This document shows positions 29,909 through 39,999 of a stretch of 64,000 bases of DNA, piece by piece. Origin of the DNA: a bacterium (GTDB taxonomy: Bacteria > SAR324 > JACQKK01); assembly GCA_965205845.1 (NCBI GenBank), contig CBDBIG010000003.1, positions 212,453-276,452 on the forward strand. The letters are read 5' to 3'. The notes below the pieces were generated by a model that was not told where the DNA came from, ran no database searches, and worked only from the letters and a program-made list of their open reading frames with translations. The number at the start of each line of letters is the position of its first letter. Within the stretch, counting starts at the first letter, position 1. Position numbers and translations under genes: made by a program.

Positions 29909-30497
29909 TTGCCCCTGGCAAAAGGGTGCACTAGCGTAGCCTTTTTTTGTGTGTTTTGCATGGCTAAACTAAAAGGCATGGAAACACAAATCCCCCAACA
30001 AGCCGAAATCCCAGCCCTTTGCATGGCGTTGGATGGTGCCCTAGCCGCCATCGGGCAGGGCGAAGTGCCCGAGTGGATACCGCTTTTGCCCAAGGGGCCG
30101 CGCATTCAAGGGCGCACAGGGCGTGAGTGGCAGTTGGCAGATGTACAAAAGGTGATAGCCGCCAGTTTTCGCAATTTGCCCAAAATCCCAGTTGACTGGA
30201 ACCATGCCACCGAGAAGTATGGCGCAACCAGCCCGCAAACCCAGAAAGCTGCGGGGTGGATTGTGGCGATGGAAGCGCGCCCTGATGGGGTATGGGGCAA
30301 AGTGGAATGGACAAACGGGGGGGCGCATGACAGAAGAGATTGGCGACAGGCGCAAAGAGCGCGTCCAATGGCTCGGGCAGGTGGCAAGGGGCCTGATCAG
30401 CCTAGGGGCAGCGATTGAAGAGCCCCGTTCAGGAGGCGCGCCTGCGGTGCAAAGCACGCCCCGCCAGTTGACAAGAGACGCTTTGCGAGGGCTTTAA
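29909..30497 (+). pseudogene. Mu gpI-like protease/scaffold protein, frameshifted at a G7 homopolymer (30315-30321) and C-terminally truncated
   Basis: The frame-1 ORF (29909-30418) and the frame-3 ORF (30192-30497) overlap. The N-terminal region (WQLADVQKVIAASFRNL..PVDWNHAT..AAGWIVAMEARPDGVWGKVEWT) is Mu-I-like. The frame switches at acaaacGGGGGGGcgc. Confidence 0.5.
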
Positions 30498-30501
30498 AAA
30501 A

Positions 30502-31143
30502 ATGGCAGGCGTGCAAATTGAGGCCGACCTAAGCGGGCTAAAAACACTAAACCAGCGCATTGCACGCTTGGGCAAGGTGGATAAGCGTAAACTGCTAAAC
30601 GCCTTGGGCGCAGAGATGGAAAGCCAAACCAGGCGCAGGTTGGCGGAGGAGAAAGAGAGCCCCGAGGGAGAACCGTGGAAGGCGTGGTCGCCAAAACATG
30701 CCCAAACACGCCACGGCGGGCAGGGCTTGTTGCTGGGCGAAGGGGCGTTATTGGATAGCATCACCTTTGCCGTGCCCAACGATGGGGCGGTGTTGGTGGG
30801 TAGCAACCTTGTCTACGCTGCCATTTTGCAGTTTGGCGGGGCGGAGGTGGGCAAACCAGGCCTGCCAGCGCGCCCCTACCTTGGGCTTAGCGCCGCCAAT
30901 CGCCGTGGCTGGTGGGGTGGATGTAGCGGCAGTGGCATTTGGCAACACACCCGCGCCAAAAACACCCAGGCCAATGCCCTTGCCCTCGCCGATGAAGCCC
31001 GCCAAGCCCTAGCATGGCTCACCAAAGACGGCCTCGCCACCAGTTTGGAAGTGGAAGCGGTGAGGCAAGCAGGGCAGATTGCCTTGCAGGTGCGTGTAAA
31101 GGGCGTTGCAAGCGCGTTTAAAGGAGGTGTGTATGCCGTTTAA
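30502..31143 (+). CDS. Mu gpG-like phage virion morphogenesis protein (N-terminal ~150 aa), with an unrelated C-terminal extension
   Basis: IEADLSGLKTLNQRIARLGKVDKRKLLNALGAEMESQTRRRLAEEKESPEGEPWKAWSP...VYAAILQFGG is the virion-morphogenesis (PF05069-type) pattern. Confidence 0.6.
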   Translation: MAGVQIEADLSGLKTLNQRIARLGKVDKRKLLNALGAEMESQTRRRLAEEKESPEGEPWKAWSPKHAQTRHGGQGLLLGEGALLDSITFAVPNDGAVLVGSNLVYAAILQFGGAEVGKPGLPARPYLGLSAANRRGWWGGCSGSGIWQHTRAKNTQANALALADEARQALAWLTKDGLATSLEVEAVRQAGQIALQVRVKGVASAFKGGVYAV

Positions 31144-31834
31144 AATCCCCAGCCTTGGCGATTTACGCGCCCGCAGCCGTGGTGATATGGAAGCCGCGTT
31201 GCCAGGGGTTTCTGCCCAACAGACGAGCATGGCGCAAACCTTGGCAGACAGCCACGCTGCCGCCATGCGCGGGCTTTACCTCCACCAACAAACCCTAGCC
31301 CAAGACCTCTTCCCCGACACCGCCCAAGCAGACGCCCTTGAACGCTGGGCAGGCATTTGGGGTGTCACCCGCACCCCAGCAGCCAGGGCAGTCGGTCAAG
31401 TGGTGTTTCAAGGTCAAGCAGGCGCTTGGGTGCCCCTTGGCTTAGGCTTGCAAAGCCAGCGCAACCAAACCTACACCACCAGCCAAAGCGGGGTGCTGGC
31501 CACCAACGGGCAAGCGACCCTCGCCGTGCGTGCTGATAAAGGCGGGGCGGCAGGCAACCTAGCAACAGGTAGCACGCTCACCCTAAGCAGCACCGTGCTC
31601 GGGGTTGAACCCGAGGCAAGGGTCGCAACAGGCGGGCTTGTCGGTGGCGCACCCCAAGAGACGGATGATGCCCTGCGCGCACGCCTGCTGGCACGCATTC
31701 GCGCCCAAGAACGCCTTGGCAGCGTAGCCGACTACAAAGCCTGGGCTTTGGCCGTCCCTGGCGTTGATCGCGCCTGGGCTTTTGCCCATTACGCGGGCGA
31801 ACCCCCATTGGGGCCGGGCAAGGGGAAGGCTTAA
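31135..31834 (+). pseudogene. baseplate J-like protein (Mu gp47 / P2 gpJ family), C-terminally truncated
   Basis: ...DLFPDTAQADALERWAGIWGVTRTPAARAVGQVVFQG... and ..ADYKAWALAVPGVDRAWAF are baseplate_J motifs. Only about 230 aa are present, against ~350-380 expected. Confidence 0.5.
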
Positions 31835-32062
31835 CGCTGCGGGCGTTGGGCATACAAGGCGGGGATGAGGAAATGCAGGAGCATAGGCACTCATATCAGA
31901 TTGGGGATCGTCCAGTAAACGGGGGAACCCGATCTTACGTGGGGTGGGAAGATGTACCTTATGGGCCACTTTACACTGACAACTACGGACTAGGCCAAAG
32001 CGGGAACATGCAGCCCTACCTGCCGCTTCACTACATCATCAAAACTTAGTAAAGGTTTTTTT

Positions 32063-32470
32063 ATGGAACTCATCATTACCCAAAGCACGATTACCCTGGG
32101 CGAATACACGGCCAGTTTAGCCGACTTTGCCCAAGACTACGGCCAGCGAGCCCCAGCCCCTGCGCATCCCGACAGTGCCCGTTCCTATCATCGAGGCGTG
32201 CGCCACGCATCCCACACCAAGCACGGGCAAACCGCTGGCGGGCCACTGGTTTGGGCCCAAGGCGATGCCATTATCGCAGCCCTGCCGACACTGCTTGCCA
32301 AGCAAAAAGCAAGGGAAGACGCGGCACAGGCAGCAAGACAGGCCGAACAAGGGACAAGCCAAGCCGAGCAAGGGGCAAGCCAAGCCGAGCAAGGGACAAG
32401 CCAAGCCGAGCAACAAAGCCGCCAAGAACAGGGGCAAGAACAGGGGCAAGAACAAGGCGGGGATGCTTAA
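32063..32470 (+). CDS. hypothetical low-complexity protein with internal 21-bp (EQGTSQA) and 12-bp (QEQG) repeats
   Basis: An ORF inside the prophage remnant. It carries the repeat ...AEQGTSQAEQGASQAEQGTSQAEQ..QEQGQEQGQEQG. Confidence 0.3.
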   Translation: MELIITQSTITLGEYTASLADFAQDYGQRAPAPAHPDSARSYHRGVRHASHTKHGQTAGGPLVWAQGDAIIAALPTLLAKQKAREDAAQAARQAEQGTSQAEQGASQAEQGTSQAEQQSRQEQGQEQGQEQGGDA

Positions 32471-32482
32471 AGGAAGTAAATC

Positions 32483-33250
32483 ATGAAAAGTTTTTTTAGT
32501 CGGAAAGGTGGCAAGCGTCTGCTTGCAAAAAGGCTGGCGGGTATCATTGATGCCGTGCCACACACATGCTATTGCGAGCCCTTTATGGGCGCAGCCCACG
32601 TCTTTTTTGCGCGCAATCGCGAGCGCACTATTTCTGAAGTGCTAAACGATATCGACGGCGAATTGGTGAACCTATTTCGCGTGCTTAAATACCACAAGGA
32701 GGCGTTTTTGCAGGGCTTGGAATGGGGGGTCTACGCGCGGGAGGTATTTGAAAACCTCCAAAAACAAGACCCCCAAACTTTGACCGACATCCAGCGTGCC
32801 CAACGCTTTTATTGCCTGCACAAAATGTCTTTTGACAGCGAAACTAGACAGTTTGGCTACTCAAAAAAACAGCCAACAATCACCCTGCAACCCTTAAAAA
32901 TCCTTTAAGCAAGCCCACGCGGCCCTGCAAAGGGTGCATCTTGAGTGCAAACCTTGGCCAAGATGTGCTCACCCGCTACGATTCAAAAAACACCCCCTTC
33001 TACCTCGACCCACCCCACCACGGGCACGAAAACGACGATGGCAAGGTTTTTTGTTGAGCGAGACTTTGAAAGTCTCGCAACGGTTAAAGGGCAAGGCAAG
33101 TTTCTCCTGAGCATCAACGACACACCCAAAATGCGCGCGTATTTTGCGCGGTTCGACCGCTACCAGATTAAAACGCACTACACCCTAGGCTTGCATGCTG
33201 TTGTCGGGAAAAAACAGGTACGCGAATTGCTATACACAAACTTAGCACCT
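32483..33250 (+). pseudogene. Dam-like N6-adenine DNA methyltransferase (D12 class), disrupted by at least two frameshifts or stops
   Basis: The N-terminal part (32483-32908) has GGKRLLAKRL..YCEPFMGAAHVFF and NDIDGELVNLFRV. The DPP(Y/H) region is TPFYLDPPHH (~32990-33020). The C-terminal part lies in another frame (33040-33250: ERDFESLATVKGQGKFLLSINDTP). Confidence 0.75.
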
Positions 33251-33571
33251 GAGGCCATGAAAACCGTAAAAGTGGCCTCGCCATACTCACAACATCGCAA
33301 GGATAAGGAAAAAAACATGTGTCCCTTTACACCCGCAAGCCCCTTTCATCGCCGTGGGTCATTGAATATTTTACGCAAAAAACATGCCGAAACAAAGAGA
33401 CCCCAGAATGACCAGTGTAAAAGCATGTGGCCCAAAGTGTAAAAGCAAGTGAACGTTTACAAGGATACTATTTTGTATGGTCAAGACCCAGGGTTTGCTC
33501 AGACCATAGGAGGTGAGCATTCACAACGGGGGCAACACCTTGCAGGTTCGAGTTTGGTAGGGTAGGGATGT

Positions 33572-34570
33572 TTAAAAACGCTGATGAGGGCCCGTGTGTA
33601 AAAGGCGTAGCCAAGGGCGATGCTGAAAACGTTTGGGTAGGATAGGGGGCGATGCTGCGCCTTGCAAAAGGGGAGTGTGGCCTTGATTGCGTACCAAAAA
33701 AAGCGGGTTTGGTGGTGCGTACGTCGGTTCCCCTGGCCATAAGCAGCTGGCGGGTGCATAGCGGAGGCACAATAAAACGGCAGGGCTCTGCGCAAGGGGG
33801 TTGAACCGATACATGACGTGAGGGCTGTACAGGTTTAGACAGCCCTTTTCCAACCAACTCGTTTTAAGGTCTGCATGGGGTGCCTCCCGCGGCATATCTT
33901 GGACGGCATTTTGGAGAACCTCGAAAGCCGAGGCATGTAAGGGCCCATGACGGTGCGAACTTGCGACATATTGAAAAAGTGCGTGGGTGCTACCTTGCAA
34001 AGCCATCATTACACAACAGCCCTGGGATGGTTGTAAGGGCCAGCGGGGAATGCCTTGATCGGTCGCTGTGCTATCTTGCTGCCATGTATGCAGCAGGGAT
34101 TGTTTTGCGGGGTTGATTAACAGCGTGCTCCCCCAAAACAAAATGTCCTCCCCCAACACGCTTTCCACCATATCGATCACGCTGGGCAGGGTAGCGTAAT
34201 GCAACCAGGCCTGGGCAATGCGCTGGGGGTTAAGACCGTGCACAGCAGGTTGTTGATGCAAGGTATGAGGGTTTGGAATGCACAAAAAATCGTCAAAAGC
34301 ATCTTGTTTAAGATCTGCTGGCATTGGGGGAGTGCTTGATGGATTGACAAGGGCCACGCTGGCTTTTAGCAAACTGTGCAAGTTGTCAATACTCGCACGA
34401 GCAAGGCGGTAATCAGGACACAACAGTCCCCTTTTTTGGTATAAGGTGTATTCCAAGGGTAGCAAAGGGCGCATTTGGCGCACTTTTTCAACGCTCCGGT
34501 GGGCAAACAGGGGTTGGTATGATGACACCTGTTTCATAGATATGCTAATCGTGGTTTGGTTTTTGCGCAT
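33572..34570 (-). CDS. phytanoyl-CoA dioxygenase (PhyH)-family 2OG-Fe(II) oxygenase-like protein; C-terminal ~80 codons may be a run-on
   Basis: ..GEDILFWGSTLLINPAKQSLLHTWQQD.. carries the HxD iron-binding motif, and a later ..GSTHALF.. His is present. Confidence 0.45.
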   Translation of the reverse strand: MRKNQTTISISMKQVSSYQPLFAHRSVEKVRQMRPLLPLEYTLYQKRGLLCPDYRLARASIDNLHSLLKASVALVNPSSTPPMPADLKQDAFDDFLCIPNPHTLHQQPAVHGLNPQRIAQAWLHYATLPSVIDMVESVLGEDILFWGSTLLINPAKQSLLHTWQQDSTATDQGIPRWPLQPSQGCCVMMALQGSTHALFQYVASSHRHGPLHASAFEVLQNAVQDMPREAPHADLKTSWLEKGCLNLYSPHVMYRFNPLAQSPAVLLCLRYAPASCLWPGEPTYAPPNPLFLVRNQGHTPLLQGAASPPILPKRFQHRPWLRLLHTGPHQRF

Positions 34571-34831
34571 GTGCAGCGCCCTCGTGCAACCTTTGCCGCC
34601 ATCAAGGCCAAAAGCATAAACACCTCAAAGCTTGTATAATCGAAGGAGTTTGCTCGCCTTGCGCTCTAGGCTTATGGCTGCGCAAAGCACTGCCTGCAAT
34701 GCCTGCCAGGTTACACACAAAAGACAACAATTATATGGCCCTTTTGTTGGGCTTGTGCAACAGTGCATGCACAAAAAGCAACCACGGGGCTTTGAAATGA
34801 ATGCTGCGCGTAGGCGTAGCTATAAGCCCCA

Positions 34832-36325
34832 CTAACCCCGTGCTTTTTGTAGGACCTCAGCCATGCTGTTTACATCACCCACATCGCCTGGAAATATCAC
34901 GTAGGCCATGCCAGGAAATCGGCTTTCGGAACCCAAACGCCATACAGGTACCCCAGGGATGGCAGGGCCTAGCACCATGGCACGCTTGACACCAAGACCT
35001 TTGGTGGCAACATTGCTTGAGGTAATTCCCCCCTTGGCAATTAAAAAGCGTGGTGGGGCGGAGAGTGTGTGCACAACATAACATAAAGCACTTGAAATGC
35101 TGGCTGCGATACCCAGCAATTCTTCCTTATTCGAAGAAGGACCGAGGCCGCTGCTCACGTAGAGCACAGCATCATCCCCTTTTTTCATGCAAGTTTCCAC
35201 CTGTGCCACCAGTTGATCCATGGTGGCTTTGCGCGTAGTGCTGTCGAGCAGCAACGACGCATTGGCCTCAATCCCTTGAACCCCTTCGACCTGTAGCAGT
35301 ACTTCGAGTTGTTTGGCGGAGAATTGGGTGTGAGATCCAAACACCACCAAGCCCCCCGACATGGCATTCTGAAGAGGGGCATATTCACTTTCAAATAGGG
35401 GATCTCTCGCCTCTAACCCTGCACGCACCCTCACAAAGGAAGCAGAGCTCCGGTAGACAAACTTTCTTCCTTGCATTATGGCATCCAACAAACCGCACAC
35501 AAACACCTCTTGATCGCGATAAGAAAGCGAGTCTACCACGGCTGTACTGCCAGGCTTTAAGGCTAACAAGGTCTCACACACCCGCAAGGCACCCCCTTGG
35601 CGCAACAGGTTAATGTCGATACTAACCACGTCTTTCGCCTTGGTTGCCCCTTTGGTTTTCTCTTCAACCCATTTCCGCAAGTCGCTGTTTTTGTACCCAA
35701 AATATGTGTCTTTGCCATATTCGGTTTGTGCGGCAGGAATAAAATCGCTTCCTTGGGTGACATAGTGAATGCCTCTTAGGGTATAACGCCTACCTTCCTT
35801 GAAAAACGGGATGAACAGGCGCGGAGCGTTTTGCAGATCCAAGGCGTTTGTTATTGCGTCGATTTCTTCAGCAAAATGACCGCGTAAAGTTGAATCGCTG
35901 CAGCTAACCACGTCGAGATCATAGCCCGTTTCTTGGGTGGCGGCATGTAACGATTCGCAAATTTTGTGCATCAGGGCACGGGCATCGCGGGTGGGCAGGC
36001 TGCGCGAATTGGTCAGCACGTAAAACACGGAAGAATGGCGCATCTCTTCGGCAAATTCGTGGGTATCCCAGGTGGTGAGTACGGGCACATTGTGTACGGT
36101 TTGGGTCCCCGTTGGGTCATCATCGAGCACCACCAGACGTGTATTGGGTAGTCCCTCCATGCGAGCCTGAATTTTATCGAGCATATAGCCAGGCCACTCG
36201 CTAGGGACACCTTGAAGTGCTTCGGTTTCTAAAAGGGTCTTTTCGGGATTCACTGTAAGTATGGGTATCCTCTTTTGGGGCAGGTGTGTATAGGTCGGAA
36301 TTGATGTTTTGCTTTTTTTAAGCAC
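34832..36325 (-). CDS. four-carbon acid sugar kinase family protein (OtnK/DUF1537-DUF4392)
   Basis: N-terminal RLVVLDDDPTGTQTVHNVPVL...YVLTNSRSL, with the C-terminal nucleotide-binding half following. Confidence 0.7.
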   Translation of the reverse strand: MLKKSKTSIPTYTHLPQKRIPILTVNPEKTLLETEALQGVPSEWPGYMLDKIQARMEGLPNTRLVVLDDDPTGTQTVHNVPVLTTWDTHEFAEEMRHSSVFYVLTNSRSLPTRDARALMHKICESLHAATQETGYDLDVVSCSDSTLRGHFAEEIDAITNALDLQNAPRLFIPFFKEGRRYTLRGIHYVTQGSDFIPAAQTEYGKDTYFGYKNSDLRKWVEEKTKGATKAKDVVSIDINLLRQGGALRVCETLLALKPGSTAVVDSLSYRDQEVFVCGLLDAIMQGRKFVYRSSASFVRVRAGLEARDPLFESEYAPLQNAMSGGLVVFGSHTQFSAKQLEVLLQVEGVQGIEANASLLLDSTTRKATMDQLVAQVETCMKKGDDAVLYVSSGLGPSSNKEELLGIAASISSALCYVVHTLSAPPRFLIAKGGITSSNVATKGLGVKRAMVLGPAIPGVPVWRLGSESRFPGMAYVIFPGDVGDVNSMAEVLQKARG

Positions 36326-36620
36326 GCCTATAGTCTACAAAGCATATTGTATCTCAATATTCCTAAGCAATCATGGGATGCATGGCTGGCGCACGCACCA
36401 TCCACAGGCTATCATGGATTTATGTATCTTGGCTACTATGCAAGTTACTATGTAAAAATGGGGTCTGCAATCCAGCGTTGCAGCGATGCGTGTTGCCAAA
36501 GCTCAGCGCACTTCCACGCGCCAATGGGCAAGAACAACCCTTCACAAGCAACACGCCACGCGCCAATGGGCAATACGCTACACGGCGAACGTTAACCATA
36601 CTACACAAAAAGATATGTCC

Positions 36621-37103
36621 ATGCCTTCATTTGACATTGTTTCAGAACTAGACAAGCAAGAAGTACGCAACGCAGTTAACCAAACCACCCGCGAGGTCGG
36701 CACACGTTATGACCTTAAAGATGCAGATCCAGCCCTTGTGCTAGAGGACGATTGCATTAAAATTTCTGCCAAAGAGCCGTTTCACCTCCAGCAAATTCTG
36801 CCCCTTCTCCAAGGGCGCTTAAGCAAACGTGGGGTCGATTTGCGCGCCCTAGACGCGAAAGAACCCGTGGTTACAGGCTCTACGGCCCGCCAGGAGATAA
36901 TGCTGCGCTCTGGAATTGAAAGTGTTTTGGGCAAGAAATTGATAACACGCATCAAAGCTTCCAAAATTAAAGTGCAAACCCAAATAATGGGCAATCAATT
37001 GCGGGTAAGCGGTAAAAAATACGATCTCCTACAAGAGGTCATTGCCCTATTACACGCAAAAGACTTTGGCTTACCCTTGCAGTTTGTCAATTTTCGCGAT
37101 TAA
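36621..37103 (+). CDS. yajQ: YajQ-family (UPF0234) cyclic-di-GMP-binding protein; alternative start 36615
   Basis: MPSFDIVSELDKQEVRNAVNQTTREVGTRYDLK... is 161 aa and collinear with E. coli YajQ. Confidence 0.8.
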   Translation: MPSFDIVSELDKQEVRNAVNQTTREVGTRYDLKDADPALVLEDDCIKISAKEPFHLQQILPLLQGRLSKRGVDLRALDAKEPVVTGSTARQEIMLRSGIESVLGKKLITRIKASKIKVQTQIMGNQLRVSGKKYDLLQEVIALLHAKDFGLPLQFVNFRD

Positions 37104-37446
37104 AAAAAGCCCCTCGCTTGATTTCTCGTCGCCGCAAAGCGTGAGGCAGTTGTAAACCGCTTACATGCCTTTACACGGGTTGCCCACTTGGGGTTTTTTA
37201 ACCCGCCGCTTCACTTGGCAGCCATGCCGTGAATACGCTACGCTGGGGGGAATGGTGTTTGCGCTTGAACGCTGTGCGCGGGTGGACGCCCGTAGAGCCG
37301 CGGGTTCGCTGCGGTCACGCAGCATCGCTTTTGTGCATGCACCTCTCGTCATGAGCGCGCGTTCGTTCGAGGCTCTCGCTTGCAAAAGCAAAAATGCCAA
37401 CCCTCCCCCAATCGCTAAGGATGGCGCTGCGGGCTTATCAACATGG

Positions 37447-37881
37447 ATGTTTTCTGTGCTTTCTCCCAAACCACAAAGCCCCGTGCCCATACGCACCAGA
37501 CCCCTTTTGCGGGCTGCAAGCAGTCCTTTTGTGACAAAACGCGCCACACCTGGGACGGGCAACAGGTTCTCACTGCGTTGGCTGCTCTGGGGAGTACTTG
37601 CAGCGTGCACGTTAACCGCGCTGGCAGTGCTCCACATTTGGGAACAACAACGCTACGTTTCCTTGGGCTATGCCGTACAGCAATTACGCCTTGAACGCCA
37701 GCAATTGCTCCAGCAAATTGGACCGTTACGCGCCGAAATTGCCCACCTTGAACGACCGCAACGACTCATGAGGATAGGCAAAGCTCTTGGGTTTGCCCCC
37801 CCCTTGCCCGAGCAAATGCGCACCCTTGCCCTGCCCACCCTGAAAAAAACGACCCAACATAAACCCACGCGTCTAAAGTGA
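37447..37881 (+). CDS. ftsL: cell division protein FtsL (septum formation initiator family); start inferred
   Basis: A single TM segment (LRWLLWGVLAACTLTALAVLHIW) is followed by a coiled coil (VQQLRLERQQLLQQIGPLRAEIAHLERPQRL). The gene sits immediately upstream of ftsI. Confidence 0.55.
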   Translation: MFSVLSPKPQSPVPIRTRPLLRAASSPFVTKRATPGTGNRFSLRWLLWGVLAACTLTALAVLHIWEQQRYVSLGYAVQQLRLERQQLLQQIGPLRAEIAHLERPQRLMRIGKALGFAPPLPEQMRTLALPTLKKTTQHKPTRLK

Positions 37882-37899
37882 GAGGCTTGAGCCACCACA

Positions 37900-39675
37900 A
37901 TGCCTTTGGAATCGATACAAAAGCGCCTGGCACAAAAGCGCACCCCATTTAGGGTGGCCACCCCAAAGCCACCGTTGGAGCGTCAACGCTTTAAGATACG
38001 CCTAACGGTGGTGTTGGTGTTACTGGCTACTTTTTTTTGCACGGCCATTGGGCGTGTGTGGCAGCTCCAAATCCTACAGCATCAACACCTTAGTCGCTTA
38101 GGGTTACAACAAAGCCAGCGCACTTTGGACGTGCGAGGCAAGCGTGGTAGCGTTTACGATCGCAATGGCGTGCTGCTTGCTCTGTCCATTGAAAGCCGCT
38201 CGTTTTATGTGCACCCTTCCCAGGTAAAGCATCCAAAATCCTTGGCCAAAACCCTCGCCCCCGCACTGAACATGTCTGCCCAACAGCTCCTTAAGCGCAT
38301 TGAGACCAAACGCCCTTTCTCTTGGCTTAAACGCCAAAGTTCCCCTGCCGAAACCACTGCAGTACAAGCCTTAAACTTACCCGAAGTGCGCAGCGTCCAA
38401 GAATATAAACGCGTGCACCCCGCAGAAGAACTGGGGGGGACCTTGCTGGGTTTTACGGGCACCGATCATCAAGGGCTGGCAGGTTTGGAATATGCCTATG
38501 ATTTTTATTTGCAAGGGCAAACCCAACACCGCGTTGTACACCGCGATGCGATTGGGAGGTTGGTGCTCAGTGGTCGAGAACGCCCTTTGCGTAAAGGGGG
38601 GGATATACGCTTAAGCATTGACACCACTATTCAGCACTATGCCGAACAGGCATTGCGCACAGCGGTCGAAAAAAGCGAGGCAGAATTTGCCGTTGCGGTG
38701 GTATTACACGCGCCTAGCAGTGAAGTACTGGCCATGGCCCAATACCCTCCGTTTAATCCCAACCGCTCTTTTAGCGCAAACAACCGCTATGTAAATCATG
38801 CCTTAACCAGCGGCTTCGAACCGGGTTCCACCATGAAAACCTTTACTCTAGCAGCGGCTCTGGAGGAGCAAAGTGTGGGGGTCGAACAAATGGAATACTG
38901 TGAAAACGGTTTGTGGAAGGTCCACAATGCCATTATTCACGATACCGCCCCCCATGATTGGTTGAGTTTGGAAGACATGTTACGCGTTTCTTCTAACATT
39001 TGCGTTGCAAAAATTGGACTGCGGGTAAGGGCACAAAAATTTTACCAGCACTTAAATCGGTTGGGGTTTGGCAAGCGCTTGGGGGTGTATCAAGACAAGT
39101 TCGGGCGTCAACTGGCGGGGGAAGCCCAGGGACGCTTGCCCAAACCACAGCATTGGACACCCGTCGACCACATCGCGATTGCCTTTGGGCACGGCCTGCT
39201 TGCCTCCCCATTGCAAATGGCAGCGGCCATGAATACGATTGCCAACAACGGCATTTGGCGCTTGCCGCGCCTGGTGCTCGAGATGCGCTCGGGTAAAGGT
39301 CGCGTGCAGCCCAAAAAACCCAAAGCACGTAGGGTATTTAGCGTGCAAACCACCCAGTATTTACGCCAATTTTTGCAAGCCGCCACCTCTAAGCAAGGCA
39401 CGGGGTTTCGCGCGGTTCCCCAAGGCTATTCAGTGGCAGGAAAAACGGGGACCACCGAGGTGTACGATATCCAAGCAAAGGGTTACTCCAAAACCCGCCA
39501 TTTGGCCAGTTTTGTGGGGTTTGCGCCCATTGAAAAACCTGAACTTACCGTGTTTGTGTTAGTTTCTGAGCCCAAACATGCGCGGGTGCGTTTTGGTGGG
39601 CAAGCTCCAGCTCAGGCGTTTCGCAGTATTTTACGCCAGAGCCTACCGTTGTTAGGTGTGTGGCCCACGCCTTAA
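37900..39675 (+). CDS. ftsI: peptidoglycan D,D-transpeptidase FtsI (PBP3)
   Basis: N-terminal TM segment and dimerisation domain. SxxK (GSTMKTF), SxN (SSNICV) and KTG (AGKTGTTE) motifs are present. Confidence 0.9.
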   Translation: MPLESIQKRLAQKRTPFRVATPKPPLERQRFKIRLTVVLVLLATFFCTAIGRVWQLQILQHQHLSRLGLQQSQRTLDVRGKRGSVYDRNGVLLALSIESRSFYVHPSQVKHPKSLAKTLAPALNMSAQQLLKRIETKRPFSWLKRQSSPAETTAVQALNLPEVRSVQEYKRVHPAEELGGTLLGFTGTDHQGLAGLEYAYDFYLQGQTQHRVVHRDAIGRLVLSGRERPLRKGGDIRLSIDTTIQHYAEQALRTAVEKSEAEFAVAVVLHAPSSEVLAMAQYPPFNPNRSFSANNRYVNHALTSGFEPGSTMKTFTLAAALEEQSVGVEQMEYCENGLWKVHNAIIHDTAPHDWLSLEDMLRVSSNICVAKIGLRVRAQKFYQHLNRLGFGKRLGVYQDKFGRQLAGEAQGRLPKPQHWTPVDHIAIAFGHGLLASPLQMAAAMNTIANNGIWRLPRLVLEMRSGKGRVQPKKPKARRVFSVQTTQYLRQFLQAATSKQGTGFRAVPQGYSVAGKTGTTEVYDIQAKGYSKTRHLASFVGFAPIEKPELTVFVLVSEPKHARVRFGGQAPAQAFRSILRQSLPLLGVWPTP

Positions 39676-39999
39676 AAAGGCATCCTCTTGATCAACAGCT
39701 TGGCTCAGCATTAATGGCAAGGATGGTTTAAGCTTTTTTTGAAAAAAAGCATCACCCCTTCCAAAGAACCGCTTTTCCTCCCTCATTTTTCCTCCCCATT
39801 GTTACACTTATTGTAACCTTAAAGAAGGCCTATTTAGCGGGGGTCGTTTTTGATTGGCGCATCTATACCAAGTAAGGCCTGAAAATTGCTTTGCCTAGGG
39901 AGACTAAGGTCAATCTGGAGAAAGCAATAAACCGATGCGCACAAAATGCGTTTTTTAAAATCACACAAATCAAATGCTGGAGGCAAAGTGAACAGGGTG

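Larger units (their letters stand above)
24123..33331. mobile_element. degraded Mu-like transposable prophage remnant (B', portal', MuF-ART, I', G, J', dam'); A transposase, terminase, capsid and tail genes absent
   Basis: Contiguous Mu-family homologs lie in Mu-like order between a TGTA-initiated sequence at 24123 and the conserved ...CATGTGTCCCTTTACA 3' end at 33331. Most of these genes are frameshifted or truncated. The boundaries are approximate. Confidence 0.6.

Noticed and set aside
29909-31143. Treating gpI, gpG and J as one fused polyprotein
   Set aside because: The frames differ and the domain boundaries match separate Mu genes. Frameshift disruption of separate genes is the simpler reading.
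39733-39753. Possible terminator hairpin after ftsI (aagcttttttt-g-aaaaaaagc)
   Set aside because: The stem is a perfect 9-bp inverted repeat but almost entirely A/T. It is too weak to call as an intrinsic terminator with confidence.
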